Assembly (NCBI GenBank): GCA_964551375.1
Contig: CAZKBG010000001.1
Coordinates: forward strand, 540,001 to 572,000
DNA length: 32,000 bases
Direction of reading: 5' to 3'
From: an uncultured archaeon
Lineage (GTDB): Archaea; Iainarchaeota; Iainarchaeia; Iainarchaeales; JAAZKV01
Shown piece by piece: positions 1-8,290 of the stretch. Position 1 is the stretch's first letter. Every line of letters begins with the position of its first letter. The translations under genes and the position numbers were made by a program. The notes below the pieces were generated by a model. The model ran no database searches and was not told the origin of the DNA. It saw only the letters and a list, made by a program, of their open reading frames with translations.

Positions 1-504
1 AGCTTTCTTTACGATTTAGGCGGAGGAGCAAATAGCCCTGATAACTACATGCACGGACGCGGAGGAATATACATTGTGCCCGCAGGAAACGTTGAAGGAT
101 ATGTAATGAATTACTCGCCGGGAAATGCAAACCCCGCCCTAAGCTGCTATGAAAACGGATTTGGAGTAAAGACAACAAATAGAATTAATCTCAACCAATG
201 GAATATGCTTGCCTTCCAAGCGGATTACACAGGAGTAACAAAAGGGAAATTATACCTAAACGGAGTATTGAGCATTTCAGGAACCAGCCAAAAACAACTG
301 CAGTGCAATAATGAAACAAACATAATGTGGATTGGCAGAAGAAAAACAGGCGGAGACGGAAAACTATACCTTGACGGAGAGCATCGATTAGTAAATGATT
401 TCAATGGAATAATAGATGAGGTAGCAGTATGGAAACGCCACTTAACAGATGCGGAAATAATTGCTCTTTGGAATAACGGCAGCGGAAGAAGGGTTCCTGG
501 CTAA
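1..504 (+). CDS. C-terminal part of a LamG (concanavalin-A-like lectin) domain surface protein; the 5' end lies outside the window
   Basis: Frame 1 is open from base 1 (SFLYDLGGGANSPDNYMHGR...), so the M at 49 is probably internal. The tail FNGIIDEVAVWKRHLTDAEIIALWNNG matches the Laminin_G_3 signature (xIDEVxxWxRxLsxxEI). Confidence 0.7.
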   Translation, partial: SFLYDLGGGANSPDNYMHGRGGIYIVPAGNVEGYVMNYSPGNANPALSCYENGFGVKTTNRINLNQWNMLAFQADYTGVTKGKLYLNGVLSISGTSQKQLQCNNETNIMWIGRRKTGGDGKLYLDGEHRLVNDFNGIIDEVAVWKRHLTDAEIIALWNNGSGRRVPG

Positions 505-557
505 AAACCAAAAACATTACTCTAAAAATCCAAAAGCAACCCTAAAAAAGCCTCTGA

Positions 558-1376
558 ATGACAATATATCTAATGGATGTAAGCACACTAACGGATAAAG
601 ACACATTAATCGACAGAATGAAAAGAGAAAAGCGATTAATCAAAGACGAGCACACAAGAAGCGTGTTCAATAAAGTTTTTGACAATGCAACAATTGCAGC
701 TGTGCATGAACTTGCAAGAAAAAAATACTTTGAAGAGCTTGAATTTGTAATATCCACAGGAAAAGAAGGAAACGTATTTAGATGCGTATCGGGAGACAAC
801 TACTACGCGCTGAAAATATACAAAGTTGATACTTCTGACTTTAAGCACATGACCGAATACATCATCGGAGACGAGAGATTTAAAGATGTGAGAAAAGACA
901 AGCTTGAAATTGTAAAACTTTGGACAAAAAAAGAATTTAGAAACCTTGAAGACTTTACAAAAGCAAAAATAAGAGTGCCTCTTCCAATAGGAACAAGCAG
1001 AAACTGCCTGTTAATGGAATTAATCGGAAAAAACGGGGAAGCCGCTCCAAGAGCAAAAGAAAAACCATTTATTGACATGCAGGCGGCTTATGAAAAAATG
1101 TGCGAATACATGGCAAAAATGATAAATGCCAAGTTAGTGCACTCGGATTTAAGCGAATACAATATTTTGAACAACGATGAAGAACTTGTAATAATTGATG
1201 TAGGACAGGCAGTAACAACCATGCACCCGATGGCAAAAACATTCTTTGAAAGAGATGTACAAAATATTTCAAAATGGTTCGCAAAAAACGGAGTGGCAAC
1301 TGACTATGACATAATGTACCTTGCAATAAAAGAAAAAAGCGCGAAATTAAAAGACAAAAAATCAGCTAAAAAGTAA
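558..1376 (+). CDS. rio1: RIO-type serine protein kinase (Rio1-like, no N-terminal wHTH)
   Basis: ATP-binding loop STGKEGNVF, catalytic loop LVHSDLSEYNIL and metal-binding IIDVGQAV. Size is 272 aa. The adjacent KH protein is a conserved archaeal pairing. Confidence 0.9.
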   Translation: MTIYLMDVSTLTDKDTLIDRMKREKRLIKDEHTRSVFNKVFDNATIAAVHELARKKYFEELEFVISTGKEGNVFRCVSGDNYYALKIYKVDTSDFKHMTEYIIGDERFKDVRKDKLEIVKLWTKKEFRNLEDFTKAKIRVPLPIGTSRNCLLMELIGKNGEAAPRAKEKPFIDMQAAYEKMCEYMAKMINAKLVHSDLSEYNILNNDEELVIIDVGQAVTTMHPMAKTFFERDVQNISKWFAKNGVATDYDIMYLAIKEKSAKLKDKKSAKK

Positions 1377-1493
1377 AATTTAAGGCCAAAGCATTAATTT
1401 AAAACCTTTCAAAATCATAAATTTATTATTAGAGAGACAAAGTTAAATTAGAAAAAGAACGGGCAAAATTAAATTTAATAAAATGTGATAAAA

Positions 1494-2012
1494 ATGGAAG
1501 AACTAATTAGAATCCCTGAAGACAGAGTGGGCGTGCTCATAGGCCCTAAGGGAAGCGTTAAGCGAAAGATTGAATCAAAAACAAAAGTTACGCTTGACAT
1601 TGACTCCGCAGAAGGAGAAGTAACTGTTGACGGAGAAGGCGAAGGATATTTTAAAGCTCATGACATTGTAAAAGCAATCGGGCGAGGATTTTCTCCTGAG
1701 AAAGCATTCACTCTGTTGAAGGATGATTACTTACTGAAAATAATTGACATTACAGATTACACAGGAAAAAATACTTCAAACCAGAAAGCAAAAAGAGGAA
1801 GGGTTATTGGAAGGCACGGACTTGCAAGGCTTGAAATAGAAAAAAGAACACACTGCTTAATTTCAGTGCATGGAAAAACTGTTGCAATAATAGGACTTGC
1901 GGGAGAAATTGACACCGCGGTTGATGCTGTGCAAATGCTTCTTGAAGGCGCAAAGCACGAAACAGTAGAACACATCTTATTTGGCGTTAAAAAAGAAAGA
2001 TTTGAACTTTAA
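1494..2012 (+). CDS. Double KH-domain RNA-binding protein (archaeal Dim2/Pno1-like)
   Basis: Two GxxG KH loops (LIGPKGSVKRKIE and VIGRHGLARLEIE). It lies downstream of the RIO kinase. The ORF opens at GTG 1485, but ATG 1494 (MEELIRIP) is the likelier start. Confidence 0.8.
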   Translation: MEELIRIPEDRVGVLIGPKGSVKRKIESKTKVTLDIDSAEGEVTVDGEGEGYFKAHDIVKAIGRGFSPEKAFTLLKDDYLLKIIDITDYTGKNTSNQKAKRGRVIGRHGLARLEIEKRTHCLISVHGKTVAIIGLAGEIDTAVDAVQMLLEGAKHETVEHILFGVKKERFEL

Positions 2013-2031
2013 AAAAAAACGCGCGTTTTTG
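2013..2031 (+). terminator. Palindrome plus T-run directly after the KH gene stop
   Basis: AAAAACGCGCGTTTTT (2015-2030) is a perfect palindrome ending in T5, 3 nt after the TAA at 2010-2012. Confidence 0.5.
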
Positions 2032-2179
2032 TCTAAAATGCCCTAATATGCCCCCCAATATCAAAAAGAACACCTCCATTTAGACTTTTTTTAGCGAAAA
2101 AACGGGCATTAGAATATAAACCTTTTGGGCTTTCCTATTTTGGAAGACAAAAACTTTGAAAAAAACTTGGTGAATATAC

Positions 2180-3895
2180 TTGCCTGAAAAGAAACCAAAA
2201 GAAGTTGACGCAACAGTAGCAATGGATGCGGCAACAAAACACCTTGACAATGAGTTTAAGGAACACTCCGTAGCCGAATTCTTTAAGAAAAACAAGCAAA
2301 TGCTTGGATTATACGGAAAAGTAAGAACATTGACAATGGTAATCCACGAATATGTTTCTAATTCTCTTGATGCATGCGAAGAAACAGGAATACTTCCAAA
2401 CATTGATGTAAAAATTGACGAACTTGGAGAAGAATATTACGAAGTAACAGTTACCGACAACGGACCCGGAATAAGCCAGGCGAATGTTGGAAAAGCATTT
2501 GGAAAATTACTCGCAGGAACAAAATTTCACAGAATGATGCAGTCAAGAGGGCAGCAGGGAATCGGAGCATCAGGATGCACAATGCTATCACAAATGACTA
2601 CTGGAAAAGCATCAAAAGTAATTACAGGGAGACAGGACGGCAAAGCAATTTCACTTGAACTTACAATTGACCCAAAAATGAACGAGCCAAAAATCAGCAA
2701 CGTAAAAGAACTTGACAAAGAATTTAGAGGAACTGCAATACAAGCAAAATTTAAGGGAACACTTTACAGAGACTCCGACCAGGGGCCGCTTGAATACTTA
2801 AGAAGAACCGCAATTGCAAACCCGCACGCGCAGCTTTCATTTAGAGACCCTGCAGGACAGAAATTCGTATTTAAGCGAACTCATAATCAAATACCTGAAA
2901 GACCAGCTGAAATCAAGCCGCACCCAAAAGGAACAACAGTTGACGACATACTTTCATACTGCAAAACATCAAAAGGCAGAACTGTAGGAACATTCCTTTC
3001 AAATGATTTTGACAGAATGGGAGCAAAAGCTCTTGAAGAAGTAAAAAAGAAAGTTCACTTTGACTTAAACAAGGACCCAAAAACTCTTACTTGGGAAGAA
3101 GCGGAAGAAATTATTAAAGCATTCAAATCAATCGACTTCATCGCTCCAACTACTGACGCGCTTAGACCAATAACTGAAGACCAAATCAGAAAATCGCTTC
3201 AAAGCATAGTTCAGCCAGAATTTTTAACAGTACTAACAAGAAAACCAGCAGTATACGCTGGAGGATACCCGTTCCAAGTTGAAATTGCAATCGCATACGG
3301 CGGAAACGCGGGAAGAAAAGTCGGCGAACAGACACAAATGGAAATAATGAGATTTGCAAACAGAGTTCCACTTTTATTTGACACGGGAAACTGCGCGCTA
3401 ACAAAAGCAGTGCAGACAATTGACTGGAAGAGATATGACATAAAGGACCCTGAAACTGCGCCGGTAACAGTATTCATTAATTTTATTTCAGTTCACATCC
3501 CTTACACAGGAGCGGGAAAACAGGCAATCGCAGATGAAGAAGATGTGCTTGAAGAAATAAGACTTGCTTTAATGCAGACAGGAAGAAAAGCAGGAATTTA
3601 TATCGCACACAAAAGAAGAGAAGCTGAAAACCAGCAAAAAAGACAGATGTTTTACAAATACATTCCTGAAATTACTAGAGCATTAAGCACAATAACAAAA
3701 GCAAGCGAACCGGACCTTCGAAAAAACATGGAAAAAATGGTTCTGACAAAATTAAAACTTGAAGAGGCAAAAGAAGCTCAAGAAAAAGCAAGAGTGGACA
3801 AAGTGCTTAAAGACGATGATAATAGTTTTATAACAAAGCCAAAAGCGGAGAAAGCTAAGGCTGAAGAAAAAGCAAAGGGAGATAAGAAGAAGTAA
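2180..3895 (+). CDS. top6B: DNA topoisomerase VI subunit B
   Basis: Bergerat ATPase motifs EYVSNSLDA (N box), DNGPGI (G1) and GQQGIGAS (G2); transducer HIPYTGAGKQAI. TTG 2180 sits 6 nt after GGTGA (2169-2173); ATG 2222 is an alternative start. The C-terminus is a Lys/Glu-rich tail. Confidence 0.93.
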   Translation: MPEKKPKEVDATVAMDAATKHLDNEFKEHSVAEFFKKNKQMLGLYGKVRTLTMVIHEYVSNSLDACEETGILPNIDVKIDELGEEYYEVTVTDNGPGISQANVGKAFGKLLAGTKFHRMMQSRGQQGIGASGCTMLSQMTTGKASKVITGRQDGKAISLELTIDPKMNEPKISNVKELDKEFRGTAIQAKFKGTLYRDSDQGPLEYLRRTAIANPHAQLSFRDPAGQKFVFKRTHNQIPERPAEIKPHPKGTTVDDILSYCKTSKGRTVGTFLSNDFDRMGAKALEEVKKKVHFDLNKDPKTLTWEEAEEIIKAFKSIDFIAPTTDALRPITEDQIRKSLQSIVQPEFLTVLTRKPAVYAGGYPFQVEIAIAYGGNAGRKVGEQTQMEIMRFANRVPLLFDTGNCALTKAVQTIDWKRYDIKDPETAPVTVFINFISVHIPYTGAGKQAIADEEDVLEEIRLALMQTGRKAGIYIAHKRREAENQQKRQMFYKYIPEITRALSTITKASEPDLRKNMEKMVLTKLKLEEAKEAQEKARVDKVLKDDDNSFITKPKAEKAKAEEKAKGDKKK

Positions 3896-3909
3896 CAAGG
3901 TGTATTTAC

Positions 3910-5064
3910 TTGGCGAAAAAGGTGAAGAATATGGCGGGCGAAAAAAGAAAAGCAAAGACAGTTGAAAAGGTAAGCCCTAAGGAAATTGCCGACAGAATAA
4001 GCGGAACAGCAAAAAGCATGGTCACACAAATCAACAAACTTGAAGACCCGCAGTTTACTACAATGCAGAGAGGAAAAAGCAATGTTGTTTGGGACGAGAA
4101 AAAAGGATACTTGGGACTTGGCGAAAAAGAAGTTACACGAACATTCCTTAACATTGCGCACGCAAGAAAATTCATGCAAACAAGCATGATAATGGCAAAA
4201 ACACAGGAATACTTGCTGCACAACAAGACAGCGTCTATTCGTGAGATTTATTACGAATTAAAACACACAGTGGTTGATACTAAAGAAAACACTTTTGAAG
4301 GGCAGGACGAGAGCGACCCAATCATAGTTGATCTTGAACACAGCGTTGACACTATCAGAGAAAAACTAAACCTGCACGCTAATCCCAAGGGAACACTTTA
4401 CGGGGATGTAACTCTGCTTGATAGAATGCACCACAATGATAAATTCAACGCGTCAAAACTGGGAAGAGGCGGATGGAGCATAATGTCAAGAGTTGAGCCT
4501 GAAGAAATTGAAATCGTTGACTCAAACGCAGAATACCTGCTTGTAGCTGAAACCGAAGCAATTTTTGAAAGACTTATTGAAGAAGGATTTCCAAAAGCAA
4601 ACAAATGCCTATTAATCGGAACAGGGGGACAGGCAGCAAGAGGAGCAAGAAGATTAATCCACAGAATACACCACGAGCTTGACTTGCCGACAATTGTATT
4701 CACAGACGGGGACCCTTACGGATGGTACATTTACTCAGTAATAAAGCAGGGCTCAATGGCTCTTGCAGCGCACTCTGAATTCATGTCGGTTCCTGACGCA
4801 AAATATGTTGGAATGACTATTGATGATGTGAAAGAATACAAACTTGAAGCAGTAACAGAACACATGACTGACGGAGATATTAAAAGAGCAAAAGAAATGC
4901 TTGCTTACCCATGGTTCCAGAACAAAGAATGGCAGGCACAGCTGAAAAAAGCAATTGAAGAAAAAGTTAGAATCGAGCAGCAGGCTCTTGCAAACAAAAG
5001 ACTTGACTTTGTTGCGACACAATACCTGCCTGAAAAGATTAAGAACAAAATATTTTTGCCTTAA
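3910..5064 (+). CDS. top6A: DNA topoisomerase VI subunit A (Spo11 homolog)
   Basis: REIYYELK catalytic-Tyr region; Toprim LLVAETEA and FTDGDPYGWYIY (DxD). It lies 14 nt after top6B. Two candidate starts each have an SD: TTG 3910 (AAGGTG at 3897-3902) and ATG 3931 (GGTGA at 3921-3925). Confidence 0.93.
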   Translation: MAKKVKNMAGEKRKAKTVEKVSPKEIADRISGTAKSMVTQINKLEDPQFTTMQRGKSNVVWDEKKGYLGLGEKEVTRTFLNIAHARKFMQTSMIMAKTQEYLLHNKTASIREIYYELKHTVVDTKENTFEGQDESDPIIVDLEHSVDTIREKLNLHANPKGTLYGDVTLLDRMHHNDKFNASKLGRGGWSIMSRVEPEEIEIVDSNAEYLLVAETEAIFERLIEEGFPKANKCLLIGTGGQAARGARRLIHRIHHELDLPTIVFTDGDPYGWYIYSVIKQGSMALAAHSEFMSVPDAKYVGMTIDDVKEYKLEAVTEHMTDGDIKRAKEMLAYPWFQNKEWQAQLKKAIEEKVRIEQQALANKRLDFVATQYLPEKIKNKIFLP

Positions 5065-5086
5065 TTAAAGAAAAAATTATTCGGGT

Positions 5087-5545
5087 TTATTTGCCGTTTA
5101 TTACCTGAGTGAGCGACGCGCCCCCTCTTTTTCTAACACCCTGATCGCTTTGAGTTCTTCTAATAACAGGAACCCCTGCTTCTTCAAGTCTTTTAAGAAG
5201 CTCAACAGCTGCTTTTTTTGTCCCGCCATAACGCTTCATCAAGTCATTAGCAGAAACTCCCCGCTTATGAGCAGCCTCGTCCCTAACAAACTGCGCCATT
5301 TTCCTTGCTCTTTCAATAAGCCTTGCATTAATTTTAGGCTGTTTCACAGCGCGTGTTTGCACAAAATTCCCACGAGGCCTATACCCAGTCTCGCGCGCAT
5401 GCTTAATCACAGTAGCCCTTGAAACACCGGAATGCTCCGCAATTTGAGCATACGATACTAACGCAGGATTGCCCAAAGCAGCGCGAAGTTTCTCCTTTTG
5501 AGCAGGAGTCAACACAACAAAACCTTTTTTTCTTTTTGGACCCAT
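5087..5545 (-). CDS. Arg-rich protein with two predicted helix-turn-helix units (transposase-N-terminal/Homeodomain-like HTH); function unknown
   Basis: LTPAQKEKLRAALGNPALVSYAQIAEHSGVSRATVIKHARE resembles IS630/IS30-type HTH_23/HTH_38 segments. A second HTH-like stretch is GVSANDLMKRYGGTKKAAVELLKRLEE. ATG 5545 lies 9 nt after the stop of the upstream gene, and GTG 5554 overlaps that stop. G+C is clearly higher than in the neighbours. Confidence 0.55.
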   Translation of the reverse strand: MGPKRKKGFVVLTPAQKEKLRAALGNPALVSYAQIAEHSGVSRATVIKHARETGYRPRGNFVQTRAVKQPKINARLIERARKMAQFVRDEAAHKRGVSANDLMKRYGGTKKAAVELLKRLEEAGVPVIRRTQSDQGVRKRGGASLTQVINGK

Positions 5546-5553
5546 AAATAACA

Positions 5554-6765
5554 CTACTCTTTATTCATTAATAACAGTTCTGCCTTCTCATTTTCGCCAA
5601 TTGAAAGCAAATCAAACAGCCTTCTTGTTTCAAAATTCTTAAGCCCTGCTTCTTCAACATTCTTTTCTAATAAATCCACGCCTAAGTCAATAACATTCTT
5701 TTTCCCAAGCTGCTCTTCTTTTAATCCCTCAATTTTCTTCTTAAAATTCTCAATTGAGAAATTCTTTGAAACGCTAAAAACAGCTTTGTCAGAATATTTT
5801 GAAAAATCAAGTACTACATCGCTTTGAGAAAAGCCCTTTGCAAGCGAGCCGGTTAGTTTTATTCTTACAAGAGGCTTTATTTCAAAAGATTTGCCGCCCA
5901 AGAAAGAATCAACTTTTTCATTTGCTGATTTTATTACTTCATCAGGCTTAGCGGAAGAAAAATTTATTTTAGCATAAAACAATTTTCTCTGATGAGGAAA
6001 AGGAATGAACGTTAATTTCTTTGATTTTGTTTCAAATAAATAAATTCCTTTAGGCATTTCAGCCTCAAGCTTCTTCATTTGAGTAAAAATTGCAGAGCCA
6101 GTTAAGAGAAACCTTTTACCTTCCAGATTCTGCTCGCTTGTCCAATGAAGGTGCCCATTTAGGATTAAATCAAATCCTTTAGGAAGGTCTGTGAGAGAAA
6201 GAGAGGCAATTGCATCATCATCAAAAGGGAGAAAATCAATAAAGGACTGATGAAGAAGCAAAAGATTTGTGTGATTTGGAATTGGAGTCGGATTGTACTT
6301 TTCAAGAACGGCTTTTGCATTCTTTTCAGGAACCCCGCCCATTCCATGAATGTAAACAACTTCGCCTTCTTTTTCTAAAATTGCATACCCTGCATGAACA
6401 TGAACTAAACAATTTGATTCCTCAAGAATATCAAGCGCGTTTGCAAAATCCTTCCCCCTGAACTCATGAGTTCCATGAATTCCAATAATTGGAATCCCCT
6501 TAACTTGAACCCTTTTCTCAGCGCCTAAATATGTCCGCTTCATTTCCCTTAACTCGCCATTATTCTCGCTAAATGCATTAAATACTTTCTGCCACACTTC
6601 CTGTTCAGGAACCGCGCTGTCAAACAAATCCCCCGCGTGAAGAATGTAATCAACTTTGTGATGCTTAAACATCCTAATTGATTCTTTGAATCTGGCAAAT
6701 GCCTCTTCATATCTATCCTCGCCGTTAAAGCCAAGATGGGAATCAGAAAAAATACCTAATAGCAT
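5554..6765 (-). CDS. Mre11/SbcD-family metallophosphoesterase (nuclease-like) with atypical motif III
   Basis: Motifs: I FSDSHLG, II HAGDLFD, III GIHGTHEF (GTHE in place of GNHD/GNHE), IV LLLLHQSF, V NGHLHW. ATG 6765 is preceded by GGGGGG (6771-6776). The ORF opens at TTG 6783. No Rad50-like gene is adjacent. Confidence 0.75.
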   Translation of the reverse strand: MLLGIFSDSHLGFNGEDRYEEAFARFKESIRMFKHHKVDYILHAGDLFDSAVPEQEVWQKVFNAFSENNGELREMKRTYLGAEKRVQVKGIPIIGIHGTHEFRGKDFANALDILEESNCLVHVHAGYAILEKEGEVVYIHGMGGVPEKNAKAVLEKYNPTPIPNHTNLLLLHQSFIDFLPFDDDAIASLSLTDLPKGFDLILNGHLHWTSEQNLEGKRFLLTGSAIFTQMKKLEAEMPKGIYLFETKSKKLTFIPFPHQRKLFYAKINFSSAKPDEVIKSANEKVDSFLGGKSFEIKPLVRIKLTGSLAKGFSQSDVVLDFSKYSDKAVFSVSKNFSIENFKKKIEGLKEEQLGKKNVIDLGVDLLEKNVEEAGLKNFETRRLFDLLSIGENEKAELLLMNKE

Positions 6766-6800
6766 ACAATACCCCCCATCCAAAAAAGTTAAAACAACTA

Positions 6801-7673
6801 CTAAGGCGCTGAAAATCTTGTTGCTCCGCCAATAAACGGAGCGAATGCCTTAACACCAGCCAGCTTTGAATCAGCAATCGCCTCTTCTTTTGATTTTGCA
6901 AATGAAAAAAATGCTTCAAGTTCCCCTTGCGCCAAAAGCTCTTTTGCTTCAATAACAGAAATCTGCTTGAATAATCTGAAACTATTAAATGGAATAAGCC
7001 TATCTGAAAGATTTTGCGAAAGAACTTTATCCCCCATAAAGCAAACTGTGCTCCCGCACTTTAGGATGCTATAAACCAATTCAAAAATTTCAATATCTGA
7101 AGCTTTACTTGAGTTGTTCAAAATAACACATGCTCTCCTCTGGCACCCCACAGGCATTCCTTTTGCTCCGTTTACCGCCCCAAAATAAAAATAAGCTTTC
7201 TTATCCTGCGCAATGCAAAACACTTCACTCTTTGGAGAAGTCAATTTCACTTTCAAACCCTTAATAGAGTCCAATAGTTTTGCTCCAAGCTCTTCTTCAA
7301 GTTTTTTTGAAGAAAACTGTTTGCAAAAACTTTTTCCTCTTACTGCAAAAGTCCCCTCGGGCAGATTATCCTTGCTTATCTTTGCCCCAGATTCGCATAA
7401 ATCGGCTAATTCAGTAAACTCAACTTCCATTGAAAGATGCATTGAATGAATTCCAAGACAAGTCAGTAAAGAATCAATCACTTTTTTAGGTTTTGAGTGA
7501 TACAAAACCATTCTTCCGCCAAATTTATTGAACTTCACCCCTTCAACACCCGCTTGTTTTAAGTAAAGCTGAATATTTTTTTTTAGCTTCTTGTTCATGA
7601 AAGAGCGAACAACAGGACTTTTTATCGCAAGCTCAGGATTTGGCACAAGAACTACACAATTAGGCTCAAACAT
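6801..7673 (-). CDS. ThiI-like THUMP-domain protein lacking the PP-loop ATP-binding motif
   Basis: The N-terminus VVLVPNPELAIKSPVVRSFMNKKLKKNIQ resembles the ThiI ferredoxin-like start. FAVRGKSF...LGAKLL...KVKLTSPKSEV is THUMP-like. GAKGMPVGCQRRACVILNNSSKASD aligns with ThiI G(A/G)GGLPVG...LLSGGIDSPVA, but SGGxDS is replaced by NNSSKAS. Confidence 0.55.
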   Translation of the reverse strand: MFEPNCVVLVPNPELAIKSPVVRSFMNKKLKKNIQLYLKQAGVEGVKFNKFGGRMVLYHSKPKKVIDSLLTCLGIHSMHLSMEVEFTELADLCESGAKISKDNLPEGTFAVRGKSFCKQFSSKKLEEELGAKLLDSIKGLKVKLTSPKSEVFCIAQDKKAYFYFGAVNGAKGMPVGCQRRACVILNNSSKASDIEIFELVYSILKCGSTVCFMGDKVLSQNLSDRLIPFNSFRLFKQISVIEAKELLAQGELEAFFSFAKSKEEAIADSKLAGVKAFAPFIGGATRFSAP

Positions 7674-7695
7674 AAAATAATCAGAATCAAAAAGC

Positions 7696-7707
7696 CATTT
7701 AAATTAA
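7696..7707 (-). promoter_or_regulatory. TATA-like box for the THUMP/phosphoesterase/HTH operon
   Basis: The minus strand reads TTTAATTTAAAT, centred about 28 nt upstream of the ATG at 7673. This is consistent with an archaeal promoter giving a very short leader. Confidence 0.35.
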
Positions 7708-7752
7708 ACTAACGGGGGTCGAACAAAACTCGCTAACTACAATAAAAACAAG

Positions 7753-8271
7753 CTACTTTTTAGAGATTAAAGCATCTTTGACGCCTTTTGAGAGCTTAAT
7801 AATATTGGTTTTTCCAAAATGTTCAACTTCAATTACCCCCCTGTCTGAAAGCCTCTGAATTACCCTATGAGACCTAAGCTTTCCAATCCCCTCAATTCGA
7901 GATATTTCAGCCTGAAGAACTTTGCCGTCATTTTCAAGCAGTTTTTGAACAACCTGCTTTTCATCCTTAGCAAGGAACTGAATTAAAATATCTGAAACAT
8001 TTTTCAGATTCTTTGACTTGTCCTCAAGCCTTGAACTCATGAAGAAAAATACAAGCGCCCCTATTACAACTCCAACAATTATGAAAACAGGCGCAAGTTC
8101 AGCTAAAAAATTAGCGTAAGCTTCATGCTGGCAGACTCCATCAATTGTGCACTGCGCAGGCTCTAAATTTGTAATAATCGTAGGAAGATAAAAAGCAAGC
8201 CCGATAAGGCAAACTAATATTATTACTCCGGCAAGGGCGCGCTTGTTTGAAAAGTTAATTGAAATGTCCAT
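7753..8271 (-). CDS. Membrane-tethered winged-helix transcriptional regulator (2 TM segments plus C-terminal MarR/TrmB-like wHTH)
   Basis: Two hydrophobic segments (ALAGVIILVCLIGLAFYLPTII and LAPVFIIVGVVIGALVFFFM) flank the loop EPAQCTIDGVCQHEAY. The C-terminus KQVVQKLLENDGKVLQAEISRIEGIGKLRSHRVIQRLSDRGVIEVEHFGKTNIIKL is wHTH-like. It is divergent from the copper operon. Confidence 0.65.
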   Translation of the reverse strand: MDISINFSNKRALAGVIILVCLIGLAFYLPTIITNLEPAQCTIDGVCQHEAYANFLAELAPVFIIVGVVIGALVFFFMSSRLEDKSKNLKNVSDILIQFLAKDEKQVVQKLLENDGKVLQAEISRIEGIGKLRSHRVIQRLSDRGVIEVEHFGKTNIIKLSKGVKDALISKK

Positions 8272-8290
8272 ATCAAAATATACTCAAAAA

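Noticed and set aside
2080-2403. 107-aa minus-strand ORF spanning the top6B promoter and N-terminus
   Set aside because: It overlaps the top6B coding start and its SD and TATA region. It has no motifs and its composition is typical of an antisense frame.
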